From Albugo candida (Eukaryota): 64,000 nt of DNA. Shown piece by piece: positions 24,107-34,964 of this stretch (its first letter is position 1; each line of letters starts with the position of its first letter). Under the pieces are notes generated by a model, which worked only from the letters and a program-made list of their open reading frames with translations, ran no database searches and was not told the DNA's origin. The translations under genes were made by a program, and so were the position numbers. The stretch lies in assembly GCA_040437565.1 (NCBI GenBank), contig JBDOQK010000028.1, positions 186,001 to 250,000 of the forward strand, in the 5' to 3' direction.

Positions 24107-27100
24107 TCAAGATTTGGTGATGGATGAGAGCCGAGCACAAATGTTAGGAAGCATGTCGAGTGCCAATGGATCAGTCTTTGAGGAGAAATAGCTCCATACT
24201 TGTTGCTCGGAAACCTAAATAAAACATGTCAGCGGATTTTTTGGAGGCAATAGGCCAACGCACCGGGCCGTAACGTGTCTCCACCAGTGGCTGTGCGATC
24301 AATTGAAGCGATGTATTCCGTGATGACTGGCCGATGGTATCGAAAAATGCAAATCCCACCGAGAATTTATACGAGCTTCTGAAGCCAACTGGAGATTTCG
24401 AATCAAAACGCATAAAATCAATCCATAATGTTTTGTCTTCATAGCGTAAAGTATAATTTGTGGAGAGCTTCCTCAGATCTCTTAGTAGCCGATAGCAATG
24501 GAGTAGATATATTTCCAATTCACGCAACTTGTCGGTTGCCGTAATCGGCTCACCGGAGCGCTGATTGGTGGCGTTAACAAGTGCTTCCACACGTTCGGTT
24601 TGCAGAAGATGACGTGCTACCAAGCAAGTAGCGTCTGGCCGCTTCATATCTCGATCTAGCTTTCGCCGTTTGACTTTAAAATCAAGAGATGGAATCTTGA
24701 GCGTTGATGATAATTCGATCACAGCATGCTGGCTATCATCAAAACAGACGTCCACACGCACTGACGATGAGAAGAGGACGTCGAGAAAATCAGAGTCTAC
24801 TGAAAAAGACGTAGGCGTTACGTTGCGGATCTTCCAAAACGTGAGTCGTTGCTCAAGTTCGTATTTCTGCTCCAGCCAAAAGACTTGACTAGAAAGCGTC
24901 TGAATTTCTGCCTCTTGCATGGGTGGTGTCTCCAGATCATTTTCCGCCTGTGCGATTCGCTGCTTCATTATGGATGTATCCAGTGTTAGAGATGAACATT
25001 CTGCCTGTAGTTCCTGCATCGTCTGTTTGTACTCCACCTCCACGGCCTCTTGTTCCTCCAAAGCATCCAGCAATTGACTCCATTGTCGCTCCTTGTCAAT
25101 CAGTTCCTCAAGCGCTTCGAGCTCATTCATTTCAAACTCCTTCAACGTCGAGATTTGTCCTTGAAGCTGCTTGACATCTAGCTCCATTTTACCCAGTGTC
25201 AAAGCCAGCTTTTCATTACAATTCTTCTCAATTTTTTCACGCCATTGGTAGAATTCTGACTGCATAGTATCGGCCGTAGTCCTTCCCAAAGCTTGGATCG
25301 TTTCTACGAGTTCGAGAGGCAGTTTTTCCGCACCAAATGTGACAGAAACCAGTTCTTTCGATATCAGAACGAGTGATTCATCCATTGCAGTGTTCCAGGT
25401 AGTCAACTCGTCCAATGAAGTCTTGATCAGCTCCAAGCAAGCCACATTGCAACAAGAGGCTGTCAGCGCATCGACATCATCGGATGAGTTGAGATTTGGG
25501 GCCTTGCTGTCAACTGTATCGAGCTCTATCGCATCCAACTGGATCATTTCATAGAGCTGCTCGCATGTTCGATTAGTTCTTGTGACTCGAGGAGGTGATT
25601 GAAATTGCTTCTTCTTGCTTTTTGGTGTCTCCAAATGCGTGTCCTCTGTAATTAGAAGATCTCTTCTGGGCTGATCCTTTTCAGCCAAGACTGTAATACT
25701 TGTAGATTCCATTCGATCAAAATGAGACGACAAGTTCACAATGACCGATTTGCGGTGTTCCTGAGTGTCTTCATCCTCGCTGACCACGACACTCATCATA
25801 CTGGTGGAGGTGACAGAGTTTTCATCGCATTCTATGATAGGATCCAATGGCCGAGTTTGTGATCCTTCCACCACATCTGCTTCATTTTCTTCCAAATTAT
25901 TCAGACTTGAACTGGTCCCCACACTGTCGTCTTTGTGCATTTCTTGCATATCGACTGCGTCAGATTCCTCACCTCCATTTGCATTTGCGTCCGGAATAGG
26001 TTCTCGCTCGAATTCGGCGGCTTCAGTCACCAAATCTCCCAGCGTGCCAACCTCGATTGTAGGTTCCAATACAGGAGAGCCCCCCAGAGAGCTTCCCAAG
26101 CTGCTCTGTCGACGACTTATTTTTTGAGTGTCAGAATGCTGCGCTGTAGGAGCTAGAAACGCGTTTTCAAGTGTCGAGATATTTGACTGAGAAGACTTGT
26201 AATTACTCCCACGCTGAAGCAATGCTGCTGAGACGTTGAAATGATTCGAATACTCACCGGTGATGTCCATATCTTCTCCATCAGAGGAAGCGGATGAATC
26301 GGCAAATGCGAGGCGACTTTGTGGATGGGGTTGCTGGACCGCATTTTGAGATGAATGATCGCATTTCTGCTTTTGCAAATCCGATTTTGTTTGGCTACCT
26401 TTTGGTGTCGACTGTTTTAGTCCAACACTGCTTCGACGTTGGCTATCCAGAAAAAACGTGAGATAGTTTCAAAACTTTTTATGAGCCTACCGTCTCGCAT
26501 TCGCAATGTTTTCGAGCGGAGTTACTCCCTTAAGACTAAACCGGCGGTGTTTGGGTGCATTGTCAACTTGGTGGCGTTGCTGAGATGTCTGCGCCTGGTC
26601 TTTTTCGTCGTCGCTGGATTCGCTTTGCGCATTTGCATGATCCAAGATCGAAGTATTGAGAGAAGTTTCCATGTCTTCGTCACTGCTCACGGATGTTGTG
26701 CTCACTTGTTCCACAGGAAACATAGCTTTTGCAGTGGTAGCGCACATTGGTGTCATTGAAATGGCAGGTGAGCCATAGTTGAACTCTATTCCTTGCGGAG
26801 GTCCAAAATTTACACTTTTGTTTGGTGTCAGTTCGCGAACTTGGCTGTGCTTTTTCACGCTACTCAGACAGCTCCGAAGGTGCGCTGTGACCTGCAGACG
26901 CGTCGGTGGTGGAGAGTATAGAGATGTAAACTCTACTTGAGGCTGCTCGGGTGAATCGGTAGGATGCGTCTGAGGGATACTGCAAATGCTTTTGTCGGTG
27001 TCAGCAACCGGGACTATAGCGAACGATTTCGACGTCATAATTGGCGAAGCTGTGTCGGGATCCGCGCCTTCCGCATCAGCTGCTGAAGTAAGGCGCTTAA

Positions 27101-28067
27101 CGGGGCTTTCATGTAGCTGTTCCGATATAACATTTGCTTCACAGGTTTCCTCTGGTTTGCGGATGATTGTGCGGTTGTTGTTCGGATGAGGTGTCTCTTC
27201 CACAACTTCCATCCCAGTTTTATCAGTCTCTCCTTTACGAGTGTTTTTTATTGTAGCTGCACGCAATTCAGCAAATTCTTCGACAATTTCTCGCTCAATG
27301 TCGATATCCATCGGCAATTCATTCTCCTTCAGCGAACCTGAAATATGGTTCAGTGGTTCAGTTTCCGTATCCACGCTGCCTTCCTCGCTCATTCTTATCC
27401 TTGGCGGAGTACTCACTTTAGGACATGTATCATCTGCTTTTTGAATGAAGCACTGCTCTTTGCGAAAAGCGGTTTCTAATGCATATAGCTCTTCCACATC
27501 CAGCGTACGTCGATCCTTATGATCGATCGACTGCATTGAATCCTGCGTTTTTTGTGTATTTGACGCCTCATTCTGTTGGCTAATCAACTCGTTTTCTGTT
27601 CTTTTTAGCTCTTCAAGGAAAGCCTGAGCGTCTTCAGGTTCCAATGTGAGATCTCTACCTTCCACTTTATCGGGTGTGATCGATTTCGCTTCCTGGATTA
27701 GAACCTCTTTATCACTTTTATCTCCTGATGGAAGGAGCTGAGATGGAAAAAAAGCTTCAGTAAAAGTTGTGTGGAGCTCTCTTTGGACCATTTCCTCGGA
27801 TGAATTTGTCGACTTGGCCAAGCACGGCATTCCTTGAATTTCCTGAAGGAATTGTTTCATTTGATTGGGTGAGATGGTTTTTCTAGAGTTTTCATTTCGC
27901 TGAGAAGATTTCTTGGTCGCTGCGAGCGTATCTTTACCCAAAGTATCAAGAAGAATCTTGATCGAGGTCGGTGAGGCTGTCTCGCGTCGTTTCGATCTAC
28001 CAGTGGTCTCATGCGATGATATTTCAGACTGATTGATCACCACATTATCAGTCGGATTTTGTTCCAT
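24107..28067 (-). CDS. KNL1: KNL1/Spc105/Spc7-like kinetochore scaffold, 3 exons
   Basis: Long disordered N-terminal half with LRSCL..KSVNF (SILK/RVxF-like PP1 sites) and a MELT-like EDMDITGEY, then a coiled coil (FYQWREK..) and a predicted globular (RWD-like) C-terminus. Introns near 26445-26490 and 24215-24263. Confidence 0.72.
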
Positions 28068-28724
28068 GAGATTTTTGGCGCTTGTTGTTTTTCAAAAAAC
28101 AAAAAGCGTACTTTTGCTTAAGTGCGTATGTGAGATCGTTGATGTAAAGACATGACATTAGAAGCAGCTGCAGGATAATTTATTATAAACAGTATTGGTG
28201 CGCCAAAGAGAGATTGCGAGCAATCACACGGTACTTTAAACCCCTACGTGAGCGGAACAGACGAAAGGATTAGCGTGCTTGAGTATTGTATCATTCAAAA
28301 AAGTCTTTCTTTATTCGCACCATAAAAGCATAAAGTCTGAGCAACTGATTTCTTCACAAAAGAAAAACGAGTCGATGGAACATCCTTATCTTCAACGTAT
28401 GGGTACCCTGCACTTCTCAAGAGTTGGGCCGATGTGATGCGGCCAGTTTGATGTTCATTATGGATGCTGTTCTTTCCAAGTATCTTCTGATCATTCTGAA
28501 GCGTGCTGAACTCAACACTTCTGTAGCCTGCACATAATGTGAAGTATGTGGGGTCCCATCTCGTCTTGTCCACTGGACTCAACTCCTTTTATACTTGCAG
28601 CTGCTCTATTCGATCATAAAAATTTTAAAGTCTATTATCTCGTTAATGCGTCGCTGGAGGTCATATTCCTCTAATTTATTGTATACTGTTCGTTCTAAAT
28701 CTATGCAAGTCACGTGCAAGCTAC

Positions 28725-29126
28725 TCATGCCGCTCTTCCGATCAAACCCGAGTCATTTGTGCCAAAAGCTTTGTTCACTGCAACTTGAAAGTCGGCTAGT
28801 ACATCTACGGACATATCGGCTTGCGCTCTTTCCAGAATATTGTCCAGACCTGCCGCTGGTATACATTTCAGACATGATAAATGATACCATTCCATCAACA
28901 TGAAGCCGTCCGTGTGCAAGAACATGAGACCGAGTTGCCAATCATCCTTCATGATAGATTCTTCGCATACTTGACAAGTTGTAGTGCTCGTAGGCGCTTG
29001 CCTAGCGACAGCTTCATCACATCGATTCCATGTGCTTGCACGACGTTGACGTGGAGGTGGTGGTGGAGGAAGAAGTGTGACGGAATCAGTATGTGCGACT
29101 GCCGGTACAATACAACAAGTTGACAT
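28725..29126 (-). CDS. Small stand-alone PARP-type zinc finger protein (133 aa)
   Basis: CQVC..I.K..WQLG..WYHLSC gives C-x2-C..H-x2-C, as in zf-PARP. A poly-Pro tract precedes it. Confidence 0.75.
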   Translation of the reverse strand: MSTCCIVPAVAHTDSVTLLPPPPPPRQRRASTWNRCDEAVARQAPTSTTTCQVCEESIMKDDWQLGLMFLHTDGFMLMEWYHLSCLKCIPAAGLDNILERAQADMSVDVLADFQVAVNKAFGTNDSGLIGRAA

Positions 29127-29555
29127 GGTTGACCAAGTGTTTGTGTACCAACTCAGAAAAGATTTTATGAATGTCTACTGTTGAATTTGAGCCTTGTAGG
29201 CATCCGTGCCGTTATTGGCAGCAAATGTACTCTAGTAGTGATGTTATATATAGAAAGAAGGTCAGAGGGTATACGTTGTAGGGTAGATGCTGTGGGATGT
29301 GTGAAGTACGTAGTACGAAAGAAATCAAGTAGAATTGAATTAGGTTAAAAAACGTATGCTTTCGTACTTTCGACACAATACGTAGCTTCCAGAGCATATT
29401 GAGACAGTTTGTACCGTCTTGTTGGAGAAAAGTGAGTGCTATTACAGTTTTCGGTATGTGGCAGAAAAGACCCATTACGTGGATATTACACCATCGAATC
29501 TGCTCATCAGTTCGTGACAATCATATAAGCACTTCGTACTGGATTTTTATCTCTT

Positions 29556-30011
29556 TCACCTAATTTGTAGTCCAGGAAACGGCGATCGATCGATCGGACA
29601 AACACTTTTTTTCTGAAACCATTGTCTGATACAATAAGAGTGAAATAGATGACCACATGGTAGCGTGTAACAATGTTGCCACGGCGTCGAAAATGATGGT
29701 GTGTGTTCCATGGTAGTGAGGCAAATTGGACAGAGATCGCCCCCCGTCACTGCAACCTGCCTGTCGTTCTGAATCTTAAGTTTGATCAAGTCTTTACGAT
29801 GGAGTGCGAACTTGTGCATTGACGCCAAATTGCGAGCCGAACGACGTCGTCGCGATATCATTAGTCTTCGTTTCTCGCTCATAATAGACATATCATTTGC
29901 AAAGGCTGTATCTGATCTAACAGCTTTCCAAGCGAGACATCTGGTAATTTTATCTTCGATTTCTTCTATTGCATTACTCCCCTTACGCTGACAACTTCCA
30001 ATGTCCGTCAT
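29556..30011 (-). CDS. RING-H2-like finger protein (putative E3 ligase); may have upstream exons
   Basis: CPIC..LPCGHLFHSYCIRQW..CPID. Confidence 0.85.
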   Translation of the reverse strand: MTDIGSCQRKGSNAIEEIEDKITRCLAWKAVRSDTAFANDMSIMSEKRRLMISRRRRSARNLASMHKFALHRKDLIKLKIQNDRQVAVTGGDLCPICLTTMEHTPSFSTPWQHCYTLPCGHLFHSYCIRQWFQKKSVCPIDRSPFPGLQIR

Positions 30012-30464
30012 TGACCAGCTGGCTAGGTTTCCGTACTTATGACACTGACTTCTGTCTTAAAATAGTAAAGTAGACGTGATTTTTACATATTGGCTCACGC
30101 TCTCATCTCATCAGACCTGATACCCTTCTGTTATCAGAAAATGGAGCAGCACCCGCTTTTTTTGACACTTGTGGCAGCAACTTGGCCGAAGTGGATGCAA
30201 GGTGCATAAACGTATCGCCTATCAGAAGTGGGGCGACACAGTGGCTGCGAGAGAACGGCGAGCTACTTAACCAGCGCGAAATTGTGAGCTCACTGGTATA
30301 TAATGCAGTTTTGAGTGATCGCTATATGGAGGATGAAGCGGCTAAATACTGTTGATCATTGATATCGATACGTCAGCTATACGGTTTACGGCTGTAATGC
30401 GTTGGATTTGAATAATTCTCTTGTTTGCAATAGAAAAAGACAGCAGGTCTCATGTTTCTGCTGT

Positions 30465-30592
30465 CTCAATTTCAAGGCNNNNNNNNNNNNNNNNNNNNNN
30501 NNNNNNNNNNNNNNNNNNNNNNNNNNNNNNNNNNNNNNNNNNNNNNNNNNNNNNNNNNNNNNNNNNNNNNNNNNNNNNCTCAATTTCAAGGC
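30465..30592. repeat. 14-bp overlap (CTCAATTTCAAGGC) either side of N gap 30479-30578
   Basis: 30465-30478 is identical to 30579-30592. Confidence 0.85.
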
Positions 30593-32103
30593 CGTAACAA
30601 TAGGTAAACTAAGAATCTCGTTTTTGCATATTTTAGACTCTATGCCGTATCATAATTTATAGTAGTGTTTCGAATCGATTAATGCAGTCGAGCATTCGGG
30701 AAAGATGCGATTTGTTGCAACATATTCGCTGATGGTGGCTTTAGCGAGTGATTTACTATCTCAGAAGCAAGAAATTTGGTGTCCAATTGCAACGTCTCAA
30801 ACGAGTTAATGGCTTTGGCTCACTCAGTCTAGACGACAAGATAAGACAATCAATTTTCCGTTCTTGGAGGAAGACAATTCTGCTTAAATGTAGCTCTATT
30901 CGTCTGCGACTAGCGACCGATCTGACTTTATCTAATTGAAGCTCTTTGGGCGCACGACCGCAATCATCTTTCGGACTTTGTATCCTATGCATTTAGATTT
31001 ATTATGGAACGGTGCTTACACCTATAGTCGCAATACCATGATGAGAAAATATGGCGACTCAGTTGCAATAAATCAAAAGGTATAAAAGGTATAACGGAGT
31101 CGATGCATACAACTAAATACCATGACAATACATATCTTGCGATTTGCGGATGTCTGTCGAGTGCTTTGGTAAAATCAAGTCTCTTGGAGACTGAAAATGG
31201 CTGCAAGGAAGGAAAGAGCGAGTGACTGTTGCAAAGATTTTCTGCAGATCGCCCTGGAGCAAGAGATACAGCAGTAAGGCCAAGCAGCCCAACCTTTTCA
31301 GACAAAATGTGAAGCCGGTGTATGCTGCACCTGACTTGTCTTTCTCGCTGGTAATTGATATGTCAGCCCCCATACTCTCGATTCAATCGCATGACATAAA
31401 CTCGTATCAAGACTACAAAATAGTTGAGGCAAGCAGTCAAGAGATATGTCAGAATTCTTCATTCATCAAAAGCTGGGCCATCTCGTTTCGAAAAATAGAG
31501 CAGAATGCATTGCCAAGAATACAGGTGATCGTCAGTGCAACAATAATTACACAGGAGCTATTTGAAGATTGCGCAAACACCACGTTTTGATTCTCTGGGC
31601 TAGAAAAGAGGTAATTTTCGCAGCTGAATGTCTTCTGATCGAAATGACCTCCAAATCGTGCTTGCTCGAGCTCGGAACTGGCTTTCTGCTAGATCGTGGG
31701 AGCGCAGTGGCTCCACACTATCATACAAAGCTTCCATGAAACCACGGAATCGAGCATAATTGCATAATGCTCAATCGATATTATTGCAACGTCTCTTCGA
31801 AAGTAATCCAAGGACTTGAGGAGCCGTACCATATCTCGAAGCTCAATTTCTCTGCCGTGTTTATGACGGATGTACACAATTACTGTGTTTCATTCAATTC
31901 TCCTTTACATGGAATGGCCCAACAAGACCGGCCAATGAAGCCTTAGAAAGGGTTCAATTAACACGACTTTATGAGAGATTACTGGGCGGACGCGTGTATA
32001 AATCGCATGCTTATCATATAGACCCAACTTTGCTACTGTTCGAGACACTGCCGATATCTCATTGAAAAATGGCTCATTACTGCCAATAAGGAGAGAGATA
32101 ATA

Positions 32104-32865
32104 ATGAATAATGTCACTGGAATTGACTTGAGCATCGTACTGACAGATAAACATGATATTGAGCGTTTGCAAGTGCGGCATCGGATTGTTGGAAGTCCTG
32201 TGTTCCAGAATACGGTAAAGAAATCATCAAACGTGTGTGCTCTTCGACTTGGTCCTGAAGAAATTGTGCTTGGAATCACACATTTCTTTATGCGCTTGCG
32301 ATGTCGTGAATGTGGATGTGAGTATGGCAAGACGAATAAATCATGCACTGGATCACAAGAAAGCACATATGGAAGCAATACGAACACTGTGTCGATACAG
32401 ACAGATTGTCGAGTGATCTCGATTTGTGCCAGCATACTAGAAATCTCGGTAGAGAGGAAGCAGCAAACTTGCATTGTAGAATTACTTGATTATACACAAG
32501 AGCAGTGGGAAGCAGCGCGATTACGAAGCTTTGTGTTTATTGACCTGTGGGAAAAGCAGTATTTCATAGCGTATGGATCCAAATTTGGCGCTGATTACAT
32601 TACATATAAAGGTAAGCTGACTTCTCACTAGCTATGTGTTTGACCTGCTTTTTTCATAGAAAATCCAAGATGCGGTCGTCCACATGCAGTTGCAATGGTA
32701 CTGGTGATGGATTACGAAGCTTCTTTCGATATGCAAAATGTCGCTGCGCATTGTCGGATTGGAAGGAAGGTCCAGAAACGTGTCTATTTTGCTTCTCGGA
32801 CACCAGAGCATACAATCGCCTACGTTGCGTTACAACATGTTCTCTTTGCTCCAGTCAAACGATAA
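32104..32865 (+). CDS. SEN34: tRNA-splicing endonuclease catalytic subunit (SEN34-like), intron 32612-32659
   Basis: RHRIVG..RLGPEEIVL, VFIDLWEKQYFIAYGSKFGADYITY, PHA and RIGRKVQK contain the Tyr/His/Lys triad. Confidence 0.85.
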
Positions 32866-32886
32866 CATTATACTTCTGTGCAATTC

Positions 32887-34719
32887 TCACACCGATCCGC
32901 GCGAACGTGCATGAACAGAGCTGGTCATTTCATTAATTCGGAGAATGCGAGCGACTTGAACCAAACATGAAGCACTTGCCGAAATTTGATTTTGTCGGAG
33001 GTCGAGTGAGATTAGATCTGTATTTTGCTGTAATGCTTGAAGAAGAAATTCGACATTTTCTTCTTTTATCAAGTTTCCGCTCAGATCGATGGATCGCAAG
33101 GTACACTTTGGATTGGCAATGACAGTAGCAAGAGACTCGGCGCTTTCTTTCTCGAGTTGATTATTGCTCAAATCCAAAATCTTAATCGAGTAATGTCCGA
33201 TCAAACTTTGCGCCAACATGTGTCCACCCTTGTCAGTGAGCCGATTCAGCCGCAAATTTAGTTCGCATAAACTGGTATTTTGTTCCAGCCCCTGACCGAG
33301 GAACTCACCGCCTGATGCAGAGATATGATTGTCATAGAGGTCCAAGCACGTAAGAATGCTATCGGGTCCAAGTAATCTCGCAAGAACACGTGCTCCACCA
33401 TCTCCTATTTTATTATGCGATAAATTAAGCATAGTAATCGTTTTATTGTTCATCAATCCCGCCATGAGCATCCGCNNNNNNNNNNNNNNNNNNNNNNNNN
33501 NNNNNNNNNNNNNNNNNNNNNNNNNNNNNNNNNNNNNNNNNNNNNNNNNNNNNNNNNNNNNNNNNNNNNNNNNNNTTTCTTCTTTTATCAAGTTTCCGCT
33601 CAGATCGATGGATCGCAAGGTACACTTTGGATTGGCAATGACAGTAGCAAGAGACTCGGCGCTTTCTTTCTCGAGTTGATTATTGCTCAAATCCAAAATC
33701 TTAATCGAGTAATGTCCGATCAAACTTTGCGCCAACATGTGTCCACCCTTGTCAGTGAGCCGATTCAGCCGCAAATTTAGTTCGCATAAACTGGTATTTT
33801 GTTCCAGCCCCTGACCGAGGAACTCACCGCCTGATGCAGAGATATGATTGTCATAGAGGTCCAAGCACGTAAGAATGCTATCGGGTCCAAGTAATCTCGC
33901 AAGAACACGTGCTCCACCATCTCCTATCTTATTATGCGATAAATTAAGCATAGTAATCGTTTTATTGTTCATCAATCCCGCCATGAGCATCCGCAATAAC
34001 TCATCATCTATTGAGTTGTTAGGGAGACAGAGTGTTGTCAATGTATCTGTAACTTTAAAATAATGTGAGAGAGTCCTTGCATCAGAGCTTTTCATTCCGA
34101 ATAGCATACGATCGTATTTCATTCCAACTTTTTTGGCACCAAATGTAACACACAAGCGCGTTAGATTGCATAAGCGTTCGCATACTTCATTCAAGTCCAA
34201 ATGCGAAAGTAATTGCTCTATCTCTAAAGAAAATATATAATTTCGCACGGACTCGGTTGTGCTCAGAAGGGATTTGAAGTCGCTCACTTGTGCGTCAAAA
34301 TTCTGCAGAGTATGTTGCAAATATTTCTCCAAATGCAGCTGTTTCCAGCTCTGTCCATGATGAACGATGGAAGTATTCTCGCTCCAGACTTTCTGAGACA
34401 TACATCGCCGTTTCCAATACCTCTGATCGGCGACATACTTTGTAGCAATTCGAATATCCAGATCTAGGGGCAAACGCTCTAAAAGCTGTGGCATGAATTG
34501 TCTTCCGAGGCCGTGCGTCTGGGAAAGTGATTCAAAATTCGCGGAAAGTGTCCCGATGCATAATGAAACGAGAGTTGGGAGCTGCTTATTCATTAACCCA
34601 CGCAGAGAGTTTGTCTTCGACTCTTCAATAGGCGTGAAGTTACGTGTGCGGTAACTTTGTATTTGATCAGAGAGAGCACAGCGAGATGTAGCGGCACCAA
34701 TACTTGTTGCCTTGATCAT
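32887..34719 (-). CDS. TCTE1: Dynein regulatory complex subunit 5 / TCTE1 (LRR); internal repeat is artefactual
   Basis: LPTLVSLCI, LPLDL..YWKRRC, HGQSWKQLHLE, GMKYDRMLFGMK and RI-type LRRs. Confidence 0.88.
   Translation of the reverse strand: MIKATSIGAATSRCALSDQIQSYRTRNFTPIEESKTNSLRGLMNKQLPTLVSLCIGTLSANFESLSQTHGLGRQFMPQLLERLPLDLDIRIATKYVADQRYWKRRCMSQKVWSENTSIVHHGQSWKQLHLEKYLQHTLQNFDAQVSDFKSLLSTTESVRNYIFSLEIEQLLSHLDLNEVCERLCNLTRLCVTFGAKKVGMKYDRMLFGMKSSDARTLSHYFKVTDTLTTLCLPNNSIDDELLRMLMAGLMNNKTITMLNLSHNKIGDGGARVLARLLGPDSILTCLDLYDNHISASGGEFLGQGLEQNTSLCELNLRLNRLTDKGGHMLAQSLIGHYSIKILDLSNNQLEKESAESLATVIANPKCTLRSIDLSGNLIKEEXXXXXXXXXXXXXXXXXXXXXXXXXXXXXXXXXXRMLMAGLMNNKTITMLNLSHNKIGDGGARVLARLLGPDSILTCLDLYDNHISASGGEFLGQGLEQNTSLCELNLRLNRLTDKGGHMLAQSLIGHYSIKILDLSNNQLEKESAESLATVIANPKCTLRSIDLSGNLIKEENVEFLLQALQQNTDLISLDLRQNQISASASCLVQVARILRINEMTSSVHARSRGSV
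33057..33994 (+). repeat. 419-bp direct repeat (33057-33475 vs 33576-33994) flanking N gap 33476-33575
   Basis: Offset 519. One mismatch seen (T33409 vs C33928). Confidence 0.92.
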
Positions 34720-34964
34720 TTTGATCTCTGGATGCAACTTATAAATAAAAGTTGTGGTCTATCGAAAACGGAATAACCCAAGGCTCACAATATATTCTTA
34801 AATTGCTAGCAACGTTTGCTATAGCAATAGAAATACTGATAAAGATCATTGGTATATGAAGATCGCTAAACTCTTCTTTTAGCGAATCTAAAGCGTAGGT
34901 GTAAGACAAGTACAACTATGACAGGTCAAAGTTGATTTCATGTGGTCGTGTACCCACACATCGC

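Noticed and set aside
28295..28582. 95-aa minus-strand ORF between KNL1 and the zinc-finger gene
   Set aside because: It has a TTG start and no motif, and cannot be distinguished from UTR or intergenic sequence.
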